DNA from: Dehalococcoidia bacterium | GTDB taxonomy: Bacteria > Chloroflexota > Dehalococcoidia > Plut-88900 | Direction of reading: 5' to 3' | NCBI GenBank assembly: GCA_965197645.1 | Contig: OZ240219.1 | Coordinates: forward strand, 3,072,001-3,136,000 | Length of the DNA: 64,000 nt | Part shown: piece by piece, positions 1 to 11,793 of the stretch | Position numbering within the stretch: position 1 is the first letter of the stretch | Layout of the letters: the number at the start of each line of letters is the position of its first letter | Notes under the pieces: generated by a model | Databases searched by the model: none | Seen by the model: the letters and a program-made list of their open reading frames with translations, nothing else | What the model was told of the DNA's origin: nothing | Made by a program: the position numbers and the translations under genes

Positions 1-222
1 TATCTCACCCTAAGGTTGGTCCCTTTCTCCTATCCCTGCAACCCTGCCCCCTGGTCTCCTATCTTTCTGAACGAGATCACACTCCAGCGATTATTGTGGT
101 CAAACAATCACCGCTATCTCACGTCAGTGTTGTATCATAGGAGACATCCCATCGATGGGGACGCCCGCTTGGCATTCGACAGGCGAAGGCATGGACAGAA
201 CAGAGCTCCCGCAGTGGCGCAA

Positions 223-3200
223 ATGACACAGTCCATTCCAATGGGTGTGCTCGCCGTGAGCGCGATACTTGTTGCCACGCTGCTGGCCGGGTGTTCTGAT
301 GGCCCAAGCTCCACGCCGTCGCCTAGAACGGTCCCTAGTCCCACTATCACAACCCAGCCCAGCGTCACACCGGATCCAACACCTGCTCCCCCATCGGCTC
401 CGACAAACGTTTCCACCCCAACATTCACACCCAGCCTAACATCAGTCCCTGCAACGTACAACGTCGAGAGCGTTAACGCGAGGTTCACCGGAGGCGGGCA
501 AGGACTGGTCCAGACCAGTTTCTCAGTGACAGTAAAGAATGTAGGAGAACTGCCCGCCACCGAGCCGGTGAAACTCGAACTTGTGGTGGCTGACGGTGAG
601 CGTGAACTAGTGAGCATGATAGACCCTCTTGCGACAGGGGAGACCAGTTCATTCGAACTCAGCCGAGGACTTACACCAGGGCATCACCGAGTGGCATTCA
701 TGGTCGCTGATTCGGAGATGGCCGTGGATGTACATGTTAAAGCAGCCGACATCACACTTTCTGCGGTGAGACACGTCATCACAGGCGGCGGAACCGTCGT
801 CCTAGAAGTCCAGGTTACCAATCAGGGAGACCTAATCGCAGACTCGGTTGTGCTGTCCGCTCGCTGGGTCTGGTTGACGAAAGACACCGCTGACACGGAT
901 GGAAGCTCGGGCTCGATGGCAGCAACGGTGGTGACCGAGCGGCTGAGCCCGGGTGAAAACTGGGTCGTTAGGCTACCCGTCGAGATACCGCCCGGTTCAT
1001 ACGCCTTCACTCTCAGAGCGGAGACTGAAGGCATTGAAGCGTTCCAGGACAACAACAGCGCAGAAATGACCGTTGAGATTGAAGCGTTCCGCGACAACAA
1101 CAGCACAGAAACGACTGTTGAGGTCGACTATGTCCAGCTGATCGTAAGCATCGAGTCGGTGCGCCAGGTGGGTTACGATCAATATGGTGACGGCATAGTC
1201 GATATGGATTTCAGAGTGGCAAACGAGGGTGTGACAGATAGTGAAGAAATGATAGCTGGTGTCATGTGCGTCGATGGTGGATGTTTCCAGAGCCTGACCT
1301 TGGATGCGCTCGAAGTCGGCGACAGCATGGATGTCACGATCAGGCTGGCGATGCCACAGGGCATGATCGACACCTTGGTCTTCGCTGGCGCTCTGGACGA
1401 GGTCTACCGCTGGGGGGAGGACAACGTCGGAAAGGTCACGGTCAATGTAGCTGAGCGGGCTACAGTGAGCTCGGCCTAGGACACAGAAATAGTAGTGGTG
1501 GGTGGGTACTGGTCGGACGGAACAGCGAATGTGGAAGTAACACCATCCCTGCGTACCGAGGGTGTCAATGATATCACCGTCACCTGCAGCCAGCTGGGTA
1601 ATGCGGCGAGCGCCTGCCCTCAACATGCTCTCTTCTGGCCAACGGATGGCCTAGGGCCTTCTGCTGAAACCCTCATCATGCGGCTGCAGATGGGCGAGTC
1701 GTATGTGCTAACGTTTGACTACGGTGGCAATGAAAACTCCGTTGTCGTCCACGTACCGGACCGAATCTTGGGTGTGGAGCGGGACGTATGGGAGTGCTTC
1801 AGCGATACATCCACCGTAGGCACGGACTGGGAAAAGGATCTAGGCATCGGCTGTGGTGGATGGGTTGCGGAAACCATCACCAAGTGGGACCCGAACGTGC
1901 CTCTCAAGCTCTGGGTCAATCCCGCTGGAGACGAGAAGCATATTATGGCTTTGGACAAAGTGCTTGCTCGGTTTTCCCCCGTACTGAATCTCGATGTTCA
2001 GCGGGTCAGTGATATACGGGACGCGAACTTCGTGGCCCACGTTGGCGCTACTGTTTCCGAGGTCGATGCCGTTGACTTTTCGTGTCATCCGGCCTCAGGC
2101 TGCACCGGTTCGTGGCCGATAGGTGACGGAGTCATTCGTTCCGGCCTAATGGTCGTATACCCATTGGCCTGGAAAGATGATAGTGAAATGGAAGAAGCAA
2201 TGCTTGAAGACGCACTCTACTCCCTAGTTCAGGTACGTCGGCGCCACTTGGACCAGACCAGCGTCATGGGTCATTTCGAAGCGGTAGACCCGACATACCT
2301 CCATCGCACGGATGAGGCGCTGGTCAGGCTGCTCTACCACCCTCTCATTCGTCCGGGCATGACGATGGGTGAAGTTGGAGAGCTCGTGGTGCTTAGAGAT
2401 GAGCTGCTCGACCGTCCCGAATCTGTGCCTCTAACGCCATTGCAAATGTTGGAAGAGGCGTATGTCAGCCTTCAGGCTGCGGATTCTGCCAGCTATTCAG
2501 TCTCGGGCTCGGGCGCCGAGTGCGGCCCACAGTTCACCCTAACAAACTTCGAGGTCGCGAATTTTCACTTCTATGGTCCTCGCTGGGTACACCTCAGCGA
2601 CGGAACGGATCACTACTATGTCGTTGAGCATGAATACAATTTCCACTACCCATTAACTGACAAATCTATTGCCGAATTTTGGGACAACAGTTCAGGGCAG
2701 TGGCAAGAAGTAAATGGGGATGAACCGAATCAGAGCGAGATTCTGCGGAGGTATCGTGAACTCTCCCCGCACCACGCGCTGAACACGATTTTCCGTGCAG
2801 GCGATGATGTCGAGGTTGAGTTGGTGGGTCATACTGATGGTGAAGTGGTCATTATAGCCAGATTCGACCAGCAATCACTCTTGTATCCCTCCGCTGAAAT
2901 AGTCATCGTTCTCGACAACCAGAGTTACGAAATTCGCGAATACACACTCAGGTGATCCAACGAGCAGTGTCCCTTGCTGGAACTGAGCGCGAAGAACGGG
3001 CGGTACGGCATCGAGTTCGAGTTCCCGGACGAGATCATGGCTGGTTCTTCTTACCTCCGCAGCCGTCGGCCTGAGACACTCGGGCCCATCTCAGGGAAGA
3101 TCATACTCGAAGGTGTTTTGCCAGGTTCATGTGGAACTGACCCGACACGGGACATGCGCCAATACCACTTCACCATTGACCCTCCAGCAAGTGTGGTCAA

Positions 3201-4197
3201 CATCTTTGCCATTCGACACTATCTGACCCACCGCCTGCTGAATAACGAAGGAACACCCCTAAGCGCGGATAACGTCCGTCACGGCCCTTACACTCAAAGT
3301 TCCTGGACGGGCAATGTTTTGCTGGCTGGCCAATACACCATCGAGGTCGAAGGCCTTAACACCCTGGTAAGCGACGACTACAAGTTGGAGATTACCGCAA
3401 CCCCATTTGCCGACATTCCGGCATCCATAAGCAGCGGCTACGCATTCAACTGTGTCCTGTACACCGGCGGAAATCCATACTGCTGGGGCAAGGACAGTAG
3501 TGGCCAGGCATCGCCGCCTGAGGATGAGAAGTTTGAGTTTATCAGCAGCGGTCCGTCCCATGCGTGTGGGCTTCGACTTGACGGCGCAGCGGTATGTTGG
3601 GGCAGTAACCGAGAAGGCCAGGCATCACCACCTGCAGATGGAAGGTTCGTGGTCATTAGCAGCGGTGGTTGGGCTCACACCTGCGCTCTAAGAGTAGACG
3701 GGTCTCCGGCCTGTTGGGGCTGGAATGAGTACGGTCAGGCATCGCCTCCTGAAGACGAGGAATTCTCCGTTATCAGCAGTGGAAACTTTCACACCTGCGC
3801 TCTTCGGAAGGACGGCTCTCCCGTATGCTGGGGCTATGTCGGATCTGGCCGGACATTGCCGCCAATTGGCGAGAGGTTCAAAACCATAGACAGCGGAGGC
3901 TTCCACACTTGCGCACTGCGGGAGGACGGCTCTCCCGTGTGCTGGGGAGTTAACCGTGACGGCCAGGCATCTCCGCCTTATGACGAGAGATTCACCGCTA
4001 TTAGCAGCAGAGAACGGCACACCTGCGCGCTTCGAGCAGACGGCTCTGCGGTGTGCTGGGGCAATGATGAACTCGGGCAATCATCGCCGCCGGATGGAGA
4101 AACGTTCACCGCCATCAGCAGTGGTCATGGTCACACCAGTCACACCTGCGGCATTACTCACGAAGGCGCAATCCTGTGCTGGGGTTGGGGACACTAA
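223..4197 (+). pseudogene. Large surface lipoprotein (lipobox, PT-rich linker, CARDB-like domains, DUF2927-like middle, C-terminal RCC1 propeller) interrupted by two in-frame stops
   Basis: ORFs 16..1479, 1495..2955 and 2974..4197 share one frame and are separated only by TAG (1477-1479) and TGA (2953-2955). Features: signal peptide with LAGC lipobox, V-x-N-x-G CARDB-like motifs, LLYHPLIRPGMT, and seven CxLxxDGxxxCWG repeats. Confidence 0.75.
3433..4190 (+). repeat. Seven RCC1-like repeats (~38 aa each), probable seven-bladed beta-propeller
   Basis: Repeating ISSG..HTCALRxDGSxVCWGxxxxGQASPP unit. Confidence 0.9.
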
Positions 4198-5639
4198 TGA
4201 ATGATTGTTGAGGGGTTTCGCCTCCGGGTTGAGGAACCTATGTTATCGTCCCGCGGTCCAGAAGTGGTGACCCACCACACTGCTCGCCAACGGGCAATGG
4301 AACTCCAAGGAAGTGGGGAACCAGGCGATGATCCTACTCATGAGAGACCCCGCCGCGAGTGAGACCATTGACCGGCACCTAGCGTATGCCGAATCCTCAT
4401 CGGTAGGCGAGTTCGACGACTTCGAGCGCTCTGTCCATTGACATGGTGTGTCGGCGGTCGAAGGATAGGATGCCCGGGCCTAAATCGGCGAGCAGTTTCT
4501 GGGACTGAGGAAAATTGCTTGTAAAACACTTCCACTGAGACGAAGTGCATGTTGGACTCGAGCTGCCTAAGAGCAGCGCGGGAAGCATAGAGACCCGTGT
4601 ACCTGAGGCTGGTACCCAAAACCTTACTGTAGACAGAACTTTTGATTCGGTGGCGCCACTGCGAGTATTCCGGCATCGTTCTAATCCTCATGGACCAGAC
4701 CCTAACGCGGAGGTTTATCTTGTGCCAATCTGAGCGGTTGAGGAGCACCGTTTCAGAACACATAGGAATTGGAGGAGGCAAGATGTACTGTAATGCTAAT
4801 GGTGACTCTTGGGAGATAAACGACACGCAACAGGTAGTGTTTGTGGACAGCCGATTTGGATATGATCGCGCAGGTAAAGCAGTTCGATCGCTACTCCCAC
4901 GCAAAGACAGAGACCAACCGGGAAGACGGGCTCGACCCTAACACAATGTGTCCACGCTAATGGAGGTCGAGAGACCGAGGCAGTCGCTGCAAAGGAGTTT
5001 CAGCCTTGTCTTCACGCGCAGCGAGAACGGCCACCCAACCCCGAATCAATGGTTAACTCAGCGGCTCCCCGGTAGCAATCAGTGAGGTCAACGGCAGCCG
5101 CCGCTGATGAACCCCGACTTCACACTGCCGTAAGAGGTCGCACCGCAGCCGTACCTTGTCGTTCGAAGCAGTCCGCATCGTTCCAACCGGCGGAGACCGA
5201 TAGCTGTCTGGGCATCGGGCTGCAAGAAGCGTGAGACTTGCATTCTTGGTATGCTGATTGGTGGCGCGAGAGCTGGAATGGACCGTAAGACCACTGGCCC
5301 ATGGTTGAGTGCCTCTCGGATGGGGTCAACATCGAGTGGTTCAGGCAGGTTGGTCCAGTGTGGCGACATTGGGCGGCGAACGAGACCACTGTAGGCGGCA
5401 TTGGGACGACAGCGGTGGCTCGGGCCAAGCAGCGAGGCGGTTCTGTGGCGCCGTTCATCGCCATCCCAATGTTCAACAATGGAGCGGGTTGTATCCGGGC
5501 GCCAAGACATCCTGGAGCACCGGCTACGCGGGTGCTTCCATGCACTGCATCATCTCGGATATCTCGGCCTTCGTCGGCCACGATAAGCCGCGGAAGCATC
5601 GCCCTGCCGGTAGTATAATCCGGGGAGAGGACTAGCCAG

Positions 5640-6305
5640 ATGTGTGGTAGATACAGTCTCATAGCCGACGCGGGAGATCTGGTCCACCGGTTCGAGTTCG
5701 ACGGCAGCGACTTCAGCTACGATCCCGCCTACAACGTCGCACCCACCGAGTCGGTGCTTACCGTGAGGAATGTCGAAGGCCGGGAGGCGACCTTCATGCG
5801 CTGGGGGTTGATACCCTTCTGGGCCAAGGACCCAAAGATCGGGGCCAGAATGATCAACGCGCGGGCGGAGACGGTTGCCAAGAAACCCGCCTTCCGCAAT
5901 GCATTGAAAAGACGGCGGTGCCTGGTTCTAGCCGATGGCTATTACGAGTGGCAAAAAACACCGGCGGGCAGGAGGCCCTATCGCATAAACATGAAGTCGG
6001 GAGAGCCCTTCGCCTTTGCGGGGCTCTGGGAATCGTGGAATGACCCCCAGGGTAAGATAGTACCCTCTTGCACCGTTATCACCACCGGAGCCAATGCCTT
6101 CCTTTCCCCCATCCACAATAGGATGCCCGTCATCCTGTCTCGGGATATAGAGGGAGTTTGGTTGGACCACCGCATTGAGGACGCCGCCGACCTCATGGGT
6201 GTCCTCTCTTCCTATACCAAGGAAGCCTTGGACGTCTATGAGGTCTCGACGCTGGTGAACAATGCACGCAACGATTCTCCAGAAGTCATCGCTCGTGTGG
6301 ACTGA
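5640..6305 (+). CDS. SOS response-associated peptidase (SRAP/YedK/HMCES family), abasic-site protection
   Basis: N-terminal MCGRY, YNVAPT, WGLIPFW, INARAET, ADGYYEW, HNRMPVIL; TATAAT and GAGAGG upstream. Confidence 0.95.
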   Translation: MCGRYSLIADAGDLVHRFEFDGSDFSYDPAYNVAPTESVLTVRNVEGREATFMRWGLIPFWAKDPKIGARMINARAETVAKKPAFRNALKRRRCLVLADGYYEWQKTPAGRRPYRINMKSGEPFAFAGLWESWNDPQGKIVPSCTVITTGANAFLSPIHNRMPVILSRDIEGVWLDHRIEDAADLMGVLSSYTKEALDVYEVSTLVNNARNDSPEVIARVD

Positions 6306-6526
6306 TGTGTCTGAGATCCACAGGCGAGACAGCATCACGATTTGTAGTCGTCAAGTAAGTGCTCCTCATACCTGCGTCTAAGCCTGAGGATTGCAGCATT
6401 TCATCGGACAGGATAGATGGTCAAAGGCGGCACCGAGTCAATGCTGCCGGAGGGCGCCAGGCTCGGTAATGGGACGGAGTAGTATCGAAAGACCCAACCT
6501 GCCAAGCAGTGTTTAGAAACACCGTC

Positions 6527-8296
6527 ATGCTCAGGCTCCTTAGCGTCACCAACTTCGCCACCATAGACCAGCTCGAAATGGAGTTGGCGCCCGGCTTCAA
6601 CGTGCTGACCGGGGAGACTGGGGCCGGCAAGTCCATCATCGTGGATGCGCTGAGCCTTCTCCTGGGGGGCCGCGCCGACGGCGGCATGGTACGCTCCGGG
6701 GCACGCCAGTCCCGAGTAGAGGGCATCTTCCTGCTCGACAGCGATCTGGCCCATAGAATCAGCCTTGCCTTGGATGAATACGAGATTGACGACGGCGAAG
6801 GAGAGTTGATTCTCACTCGCGAGGTCAACCTGGATGGGCGAAATACGTGCCGTGTGAACGGACGAATCGTACCCCTCAAGATGTTGAGCGCTCTGGCCGA
6901 AAACCTAGTGGACATCCACGGCCAAAATCAGCACCTGTCACTACTCCGTGTAGGTGAGCACCTGGACATACTGGACCGGTATGGCGGGCTGGGCCAGCTT
7001 CGGGCCCAGGTGTCGGAGCGGGTCCACCAACTAACGGAGATGCGCAGGGAGCTGGGCCAGTTCCAGGCCGAGGAGCAGCAACTTGCCCAACGGATCGATT
7101 TTCTAAGGTATCAGGTGGAAGAGATCGGCGCTGCCAATCTTCGTCTGGCTGAAGACGAAGACCTGGCCTTGGAGCGGGACCAGGTCGCCAATGCGGAGCG
7201 AATCATCGTCCTGTCCGACCATGCCTATCGAGCGCTGTACGATAGTGTCGACCGGCAGGAATCGGCAATAGACCTCATGGGACAGGTGGCCCAAGACCTC
7301 GCCCAGCTGGAGCAATTGGACCCCTCAATGAGCCCGCACGGTGAGTCGGTAGACACCTTGACACATCAGCTAGACGAGCTAGCGCGTACGCTTCGGAGCT
7401 ATCGTGACAGCATCGAATACAACCCAGCCCGGCTTCATGAAATAGAGGAGCGACTGGACTTGATCACGGGTCTCAAGAGGAAGTACGGCAGCACCATCCA
7501 AGAAGTCCTCGCCTTCGCTGAGAGAGCCTCCGAAGACCTGGAGAAGCTGTATCGCAGCGAAGAGCGAACGGAGGAGTTGAAGCCCCTGGAGTTGGAGCTT
7601 CGAGGGGAGGTCGGCAGGCTGGCGGGACGGCTCTCCGAGGCCCGGCGGCACGCAGCCAAGCGCCTGGCTGTCGCCATCGAGGAGGAGGTCGCCGGGCTGG
7701 CACTGAATCATACGCAGGTACATCTGGATATCCGCCAGTCAGCTTCGGAGGATGGTGTGCCGGTTGGGACCGGAGACTTCGCTTCTGACTGCACGTCTTC
7801 AGACGGAGAAGACGTCGGGCGCTTCGCTTTCAACGACACGGGTATAGACTCCGTCGAGTTCTTGATCTCACTGAACCCGGGCGAACCGCCACGGCCTCTG
7901 GCCAGGATCGCCTCCGGCGGGGAAGCAGCCAGATTGATGCTCGCCGTAAAGACCATCCTGTCCAGCGCCGACCGGATTCCGGTTCTGGTGTTCGACGAGA
8001 TAGACGCGGGCATAGGGGGTCGAATGGGGAGTGTGCTGGGCCGGAAACTATGGGATCTGTCCGAGAGCCGTCAGGTGTTGTGCGTAACCCATCTCCCTCA
8101 GTTAGCGTGCTACGCCGACCGGCACGTCAGAGTTGCGAAGCATTCGGGCCATGACAGAATCGTGACCTCCGTGGAGATTTTGACCGAGGAGGCCAGGGTG
8201 ACGGAGCTTGGCCAGATGCTCGGCTCCGACAGCGGTGTATCCCGCAGCAATGCCCAAGAGATGCTGGAGCAAGCGATGAGGTGGAAGGAGGACTGA
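6527..8296 (+). CDS. recN: DNA repair protein RecN
   Basis: GETGAGKS Walker A, DIHGQ, ASGGE signature, LVFDEID Walker B, CVTHLPQ. Confidence 0.97.
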   Translation: MLRLLSVTNFATIDQLEMELAPGFNVLTGETGAGKSIIVDALSLLLGGRADGGMVRSGARQSRVEGIFLLDSDLAHRISLALDEYEIDDGEGELILTREVNLDGRNTCRVNGRIVPLKMLSALAENLVDIHGQNQHLSLLRVGEHLDILDRYGGLGQLRAQVSERVHQLTEMRRELGQFQAEEQQLAQRIDFLRYQVEEIGAANLRLAEDEDLALERDQVANAERIIVLSDHAYRALYDSVDRQESAIDLMGQVAQDLAQLEQLDPSMSPHGESVDTLTHQLDELARTLRSYRDSIEYNPARLHEIEERLDLITGLKRKYGSTIQEVLAFAERASEDLEKLYRSEERTEELKPLELELRGEVGRLAGRLSEARRHAAKRLAVAIEEEVAGLALNHTQVHLDIRQSASEDGVPVGTGDFASDCTSSDGEDVGRFAFNDTGIDSVEFLISLNPGEPPRPLARIASGGEAARLMLAVKTILSSADRIPVLVFDEIDAGIGGRMGSVLGRKLWDLSESRQVLCVTHLPQLACYADRHVRVAKHSGHDRIVTSVEILTEEARVTELGQMLGSDSGVSRSNAQEMLEQAMRWKED

Positions 8297-8335
8297 TAAC
8301 TCCTCTTCGGTTTGAAGATCCTAGCGTAAGCGGGC

Positions 8336-8366
8336 CTCGTTGACGGTTCTGCCTACCGTCAACGAG
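8336..8366. terminator. Perfect 12-bp stem hairpin between recN and the convergent gene
   Basis: CTCGTTGACGGT-N7-ACCGTCAACGAG; no U-tract. Confidence 0.5.
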
Positions 8367-8566
8367 ATGTGGATGAAATTACAGAAATGCTGAACTACGT
8401 TTATCTCTGCACTCGTCCCAGACCGTCGTTGCCAGCGACCATTTCAATGCGGTTGCAGTCGTCAATGGATTGGCAGCGGGTTGTTGCAATGGGCCTATCC
8501 AGCCTGATGGACAGCTGCCAGTACGGGCCCAGTATGCAATCACTCGCGTCTACGTTTTGTTGTTCG

Positions 8567-9318
8567 CTACGTTTTAATCCGTTGCCGTAGGTCCTGGAAC
8601 ATCGTTGGGAGGTCGGTCAATTTGAAGAAGACGTGTTCTCCATTCGGCGCATCAGTGGGGTGCCGGAGCACGGCTACCATGTAGACTTCAGATCGGCCGA
8701 TGCGGTGCCTCGCCGCTCCGTCCGCAGTTTCATACTCGGCGAACATCTGTCCATAAGGCACGTGTTCCATAACAGGACCGGGGAGTAAATGACCGCCCCC
8801 GTGCACTTGGAGGTTTCTGTTGATGACCCGGTGGGACGGCACGTGGAGGGTGCGGCGCCTGACCAACTTCCCAAGCAAAGCAAACGAATCGTACATGCGG
8901 TCTACCACCTCGGAGAGCAAGTGCTGGTCGAAGTCCTTGTCGTGCTGACAAACAACTTTGGCCGCAGCGTAGCGATGCGAGAGGTAGCAACCCACAAACA
9001 CCTCGTCGAAGGCAATGCGGCGAACGTGGTCGAAGTATGACTCCAAATTGATTACCCACGCAGGCTCAGTCCGTCTACTCCTCAGATATACGGAGTCATA
9101 CCTAACTTGGTCACCCTCCGGTTGCTGGACGAAAGCCCGGTCAAAGTCCTGGTAGTGAATAATCTTGTTCAGCATGCGCGCTAGATCGTGAGACGTCCCC
9201 CATTGCCACCCATCTTGAATGCGGAGGTCAATGCGTAACTCTGAATCTCAGAAGTCGTCACATCCGGCAGGTTGGCTAGTTCCTCAACGAGGCGGTTACG
9301 GATGAGTTGGATGTCCAC
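8567..9318 (-). pseudogene. Hypothetical protein, probably frameshifted near its 5' end
   Basis: 202-aa ORF 8567..9175. An upstream GTG start with AGAGG RBS (VDIQLIRNRLVEELANL...) lies in another frame and stops near 9182. Confidence 0.45.
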
Positions 9319-9635
9319 TAATGGCCTCTAACGCGTGGAGTATCAGTCCGACGGTTCTCAACGCGAACCTACTGACGACAGGGACCCGGATGCATTATGG
9401 TACCGTCGGCGGGAGAGTCTCCAATCGTGAGGTTGGAGCATCAATCGGTTTCCTATCGGCAACCTTCTTGGATGTTGATGCCCTCCCGCCTCTACTTGTG
9501 CATCTCGCAGAACCATCCACCCAAGGTCTGCTGGCTACAGACCAAACGCCACCCTGACATCAGTACTCACCTACTTTGGGTTGGGCCGCGACAGGGAAGA
9601 TGTCAAACTGATGCACTACCCCCGGAGCGTAGGTA

Positions 9636-9664
9636 TTGACAAGTGACATTTGATAAAATAACCT
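9636..9664 (+). promoter_or_regulatory. Sigma70-type promoter of the higB operon
   Basis: TTGACA-N17-TAACCT about 50 bp before the first ORF. Confidence 0.6.
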
Positions 9665-9715
9665 GTTCGGTAACTCCTTATCCCGATATCAGATTTACGG
9701 ATTGGGTAATCGCCA

Positions 9716-10066
9716 GTGGATGTAATGGACGACAAAATAAAGAGAACCATAGCGGACCCGAAGAAGTGCGTTAAGCGATACGGAATCCAGATGGCCAAAA
9801 AGTTGAGGCTTAGACTCGACGCTCTTGAGGCCGCCGAGTCGTTGGCAGATTTCTGGCCTCCTTATTCCGGACCCGAGCGATGTCATGAACTGAAGGGTAA
9901 ACTTTCTGGCAGTTTCTCCATGGACGGCAAGCATCCATACAGACTCTTGTTTAGGCCAACAGGTGATGCTAGTAGTTTATCGGAGTTAGATCGTCGTAGT
10001 GGCAAAGACTACTGGACAGCCATACAGGCCGTAATGCTTATAAAGATTGAGGATACCCATGACTGA
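9716..10066 (+). CDS. higB: HigB/RelE-like toxin (plasmid maintenance killer type)
   Basis: KRYGIQMAKKLRLRLDALEAAESLAD, PERCHELKGKLSGSFSMD, PYRLLF; overlaps the downstream HTH gene. Confidence 0.85.
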   Translation: MDVMDDKIKRTIADPKKCVKRYGIQMAKKLRLRLDALEAAESLADFWPPYSGPERCHELKGKLSGSFSMDGKHPYRLLFRPTGDASSLSELDRRSGKDYWTAIQAVMLIKIEDTHD

Positions 10067-11183
10067 GCAGCCCAGTCCAATGGAAACAACTCGATACCAC
10101 CCCGGCACGATGGTTTCTGAATACTTGGAGTTCAATGCATGGACTCAGCGCGAATTAGCCCGGCGCACTGGTTTGACTCCCAAGACTGTAAATGAAATCT
10201 GTAATGGCAAGGCTCGCATTTCTCCCACGACTGCGCTCGTATTCGAAAGAGTGTTTCACAGGCCCGCGCATTTTTGGCTTAACCTTCAAACCAAATATGA
10301 TGAGATAGAAGCCCGTCAATTGGCCATGGACAACTTGGTGAGTTGGAGAGAATGGGCAAACAGGTTCCCTATTGCTGAAATGAAACGATTTAGGTTTTTG
10401 GATGTGCCGTCGGAAGATGAGCCCTCGGTAACGAGTGCACTTCTTTCTTTTTTGGGAGTCTCGTCTCCGGAGAGCTGGCAATCGGTATGGACGACCTCCC
10501 CAATTGCCTACCGTCAAACTCTGAGGCAGATGACCTCTAAGGAGGCAGTTTCTGCATGGCTACGCGCTACAGAATTGGAAGCCAACAAAGTATCTACTGC
10601 TCCGTTTGCCGAACACAAGCTTAGATTGGCGATTCCTGAGTTACGCAGACAGACGAAGGAGGGACCTGAAGTATTTGTACCTGAACTACAAAGGCTATGT
10701 GCACCTGCAGGAGTTGCTGTAGTTTGGATACCGGAACTTCCACAAACCGGAATAAGCGGATGCTCGAGATGGCTTACAAGTCATCGAGCTCTCATTGCGC
10801 TCACCCTAAGGTACAAGACGGATGATCAAATGTGGTTTACATTTTTTCATGAGTTGGGGCACATTCTATTGCATAGACAGCGACATATGCTCATCTTGGA
10901 TAATGCGAGCGAAGATCTTCTAGACAGAACTATCGACCCTGAGATGCAGCAAATTGAAGAAGAAGCCAGTCGCTTTGCTGCAGACACATTGATTCCCCCG
11001 GAATCATTATCCCAGTTCATTAAGCGAAAGGTCTTCACGAATGCTTCCATCAAGGCGTTCGCTGATGCGCTTACCATTGGCCCAGGAATAGTGGTAGGCA
11101 GACTGCAGCACGAGGGGGTTCTTGAGCATTTCCAAGGGAACAAACTCAAGCGGAGTTTGCATTGGGCAGGGTTGGATGAATAG
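10059..11183 (+). CDS. higA: HigA-type XRE HTH antitoxin fused to ImmA/IrrE (DUF955) Zn-metallopeptidase
   Basis: HPG...WTQRELARRTGLTPKTVNEICNGKARIS...FWLNLQ; WFTFFHELGH (HExxH); EEEASRFAADTLIP. Confidence 0.9.
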   Translation: MTEQPSPMETTRYHPGTMVSEYLEFNAWTQRELARRTGLTPKTVNEICNGKARISPTTALVFERVFHRPAHFWLNLQTKYDEIEARQLAMDNLVSWREWANRFPIAEMKRFRFLDVPSEDEPSVTSALLSFLGVSSPESWQSVWTTSPIAYRQTLRQMTSKEAVSAWLRATELEANKVSTAPFAEHKLRLAIPELRRQTKEGPEVFVPELQRLCAPAGVAVVWIPELPQTGISGCSRWLTSHRALIALTLRYKTDDQMWFTFFHELGHILLHRQRHMLILDNASEDLLDRTIDPEMQQIEEEASRFAADTLIPPESLSQFIKRKVFTNASIKAFADALTIGPGIVVGRLQHEGVLEHFQGNKLKRSLHWAGLDE

Positions 11184-11193
11184 GAGTCAAACT

Positions 11194-11793
11194 ATGGAAC
11201 ACAAGGGCTACATATATATCACTTCAACCGGATACGATCCTGAGCATGGCAAAGATGTTGAGGACCCTTACCTAGGTAATAGTCCGACCCTTGGGGCATG
11301 CATGACGAACATCCGCGATCGAGTCGTTCCCGGGGACCACATTTTTGTGGTGTCGGGGAAAGTCCGACAAGATTCACAACTCGTACTCGGGGGCTTTGAA
11401 GTAGCGGAAAAGCTCTCTTCAATGCTTGAGGCCTATGACCGATTTCCCGAACTTCGACTGCATTATGAAAGCGACGGTCAAAGGCGGGGAAACATAGTAA
11501 TTGACGCTGACGGAAACCAACATCCTCTCGATTCCCACAATCCCGATACATTCAACAGGCGGATCAAGAATTATGTCGTCGGCAAGAACCTGATCGCATT
11601 AAGGTCTAAGGAAGAGATCGCACTGGGACGTCGAGAAACCCTCCCAGTCTTGCGAAGTGTCTTGGGCAGAGAAGGTGATAGGCCGATAAAGGTCATTGGT
11701 CGCTGGAGCAAACTGAGCACAGGTCAAATTGTTGTGCTGCGTGACTGGCTTGAAGACCTTAAGGTGAGAGCGGATTTGGGTAGGACGGCATGA
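11194..11793 (+). CDS. Nmad2-like (nucleotide modification-associated domain 2) protein
   Basis: YIY..GYDP...DPY...PTLGACMTNIRDRVVPGDHIFVVSG resembles the Nmad2 N-terminal pattern (recalled, not searched); AGGAG RBS. Confidence 0.6.
   Translation: MEHKGYIYITSTGYDPEHGKDVEDPYLGNSPTLGACMTNIRDRVVPGDHIFVVSGKVRQDSQLVLGGFEVAEKLSSMLEAYDRFPELRLHYESDGQRRGNIVIDADGNQHPLDSHNPDTFNRRIKNYVVGKNLIALRSKEEIALGRRETLPVLRSVLGREGDRPIKVIGRWSKLSTGQIVVLRDWLEDLKVRADLGRTA

Noticed and set aside
4200-5635. Several overlapping 60-190 aa ORFs
   Set aside because: No recognisable motifs or consistent frame; probably degraded remnants.
6400-6526. LexA box upstream of recN
   Set aside because: No GAAC-N4-GTTC match seen; only a short GTGTTT-AG-AAACAC palindrome, too weak to call.
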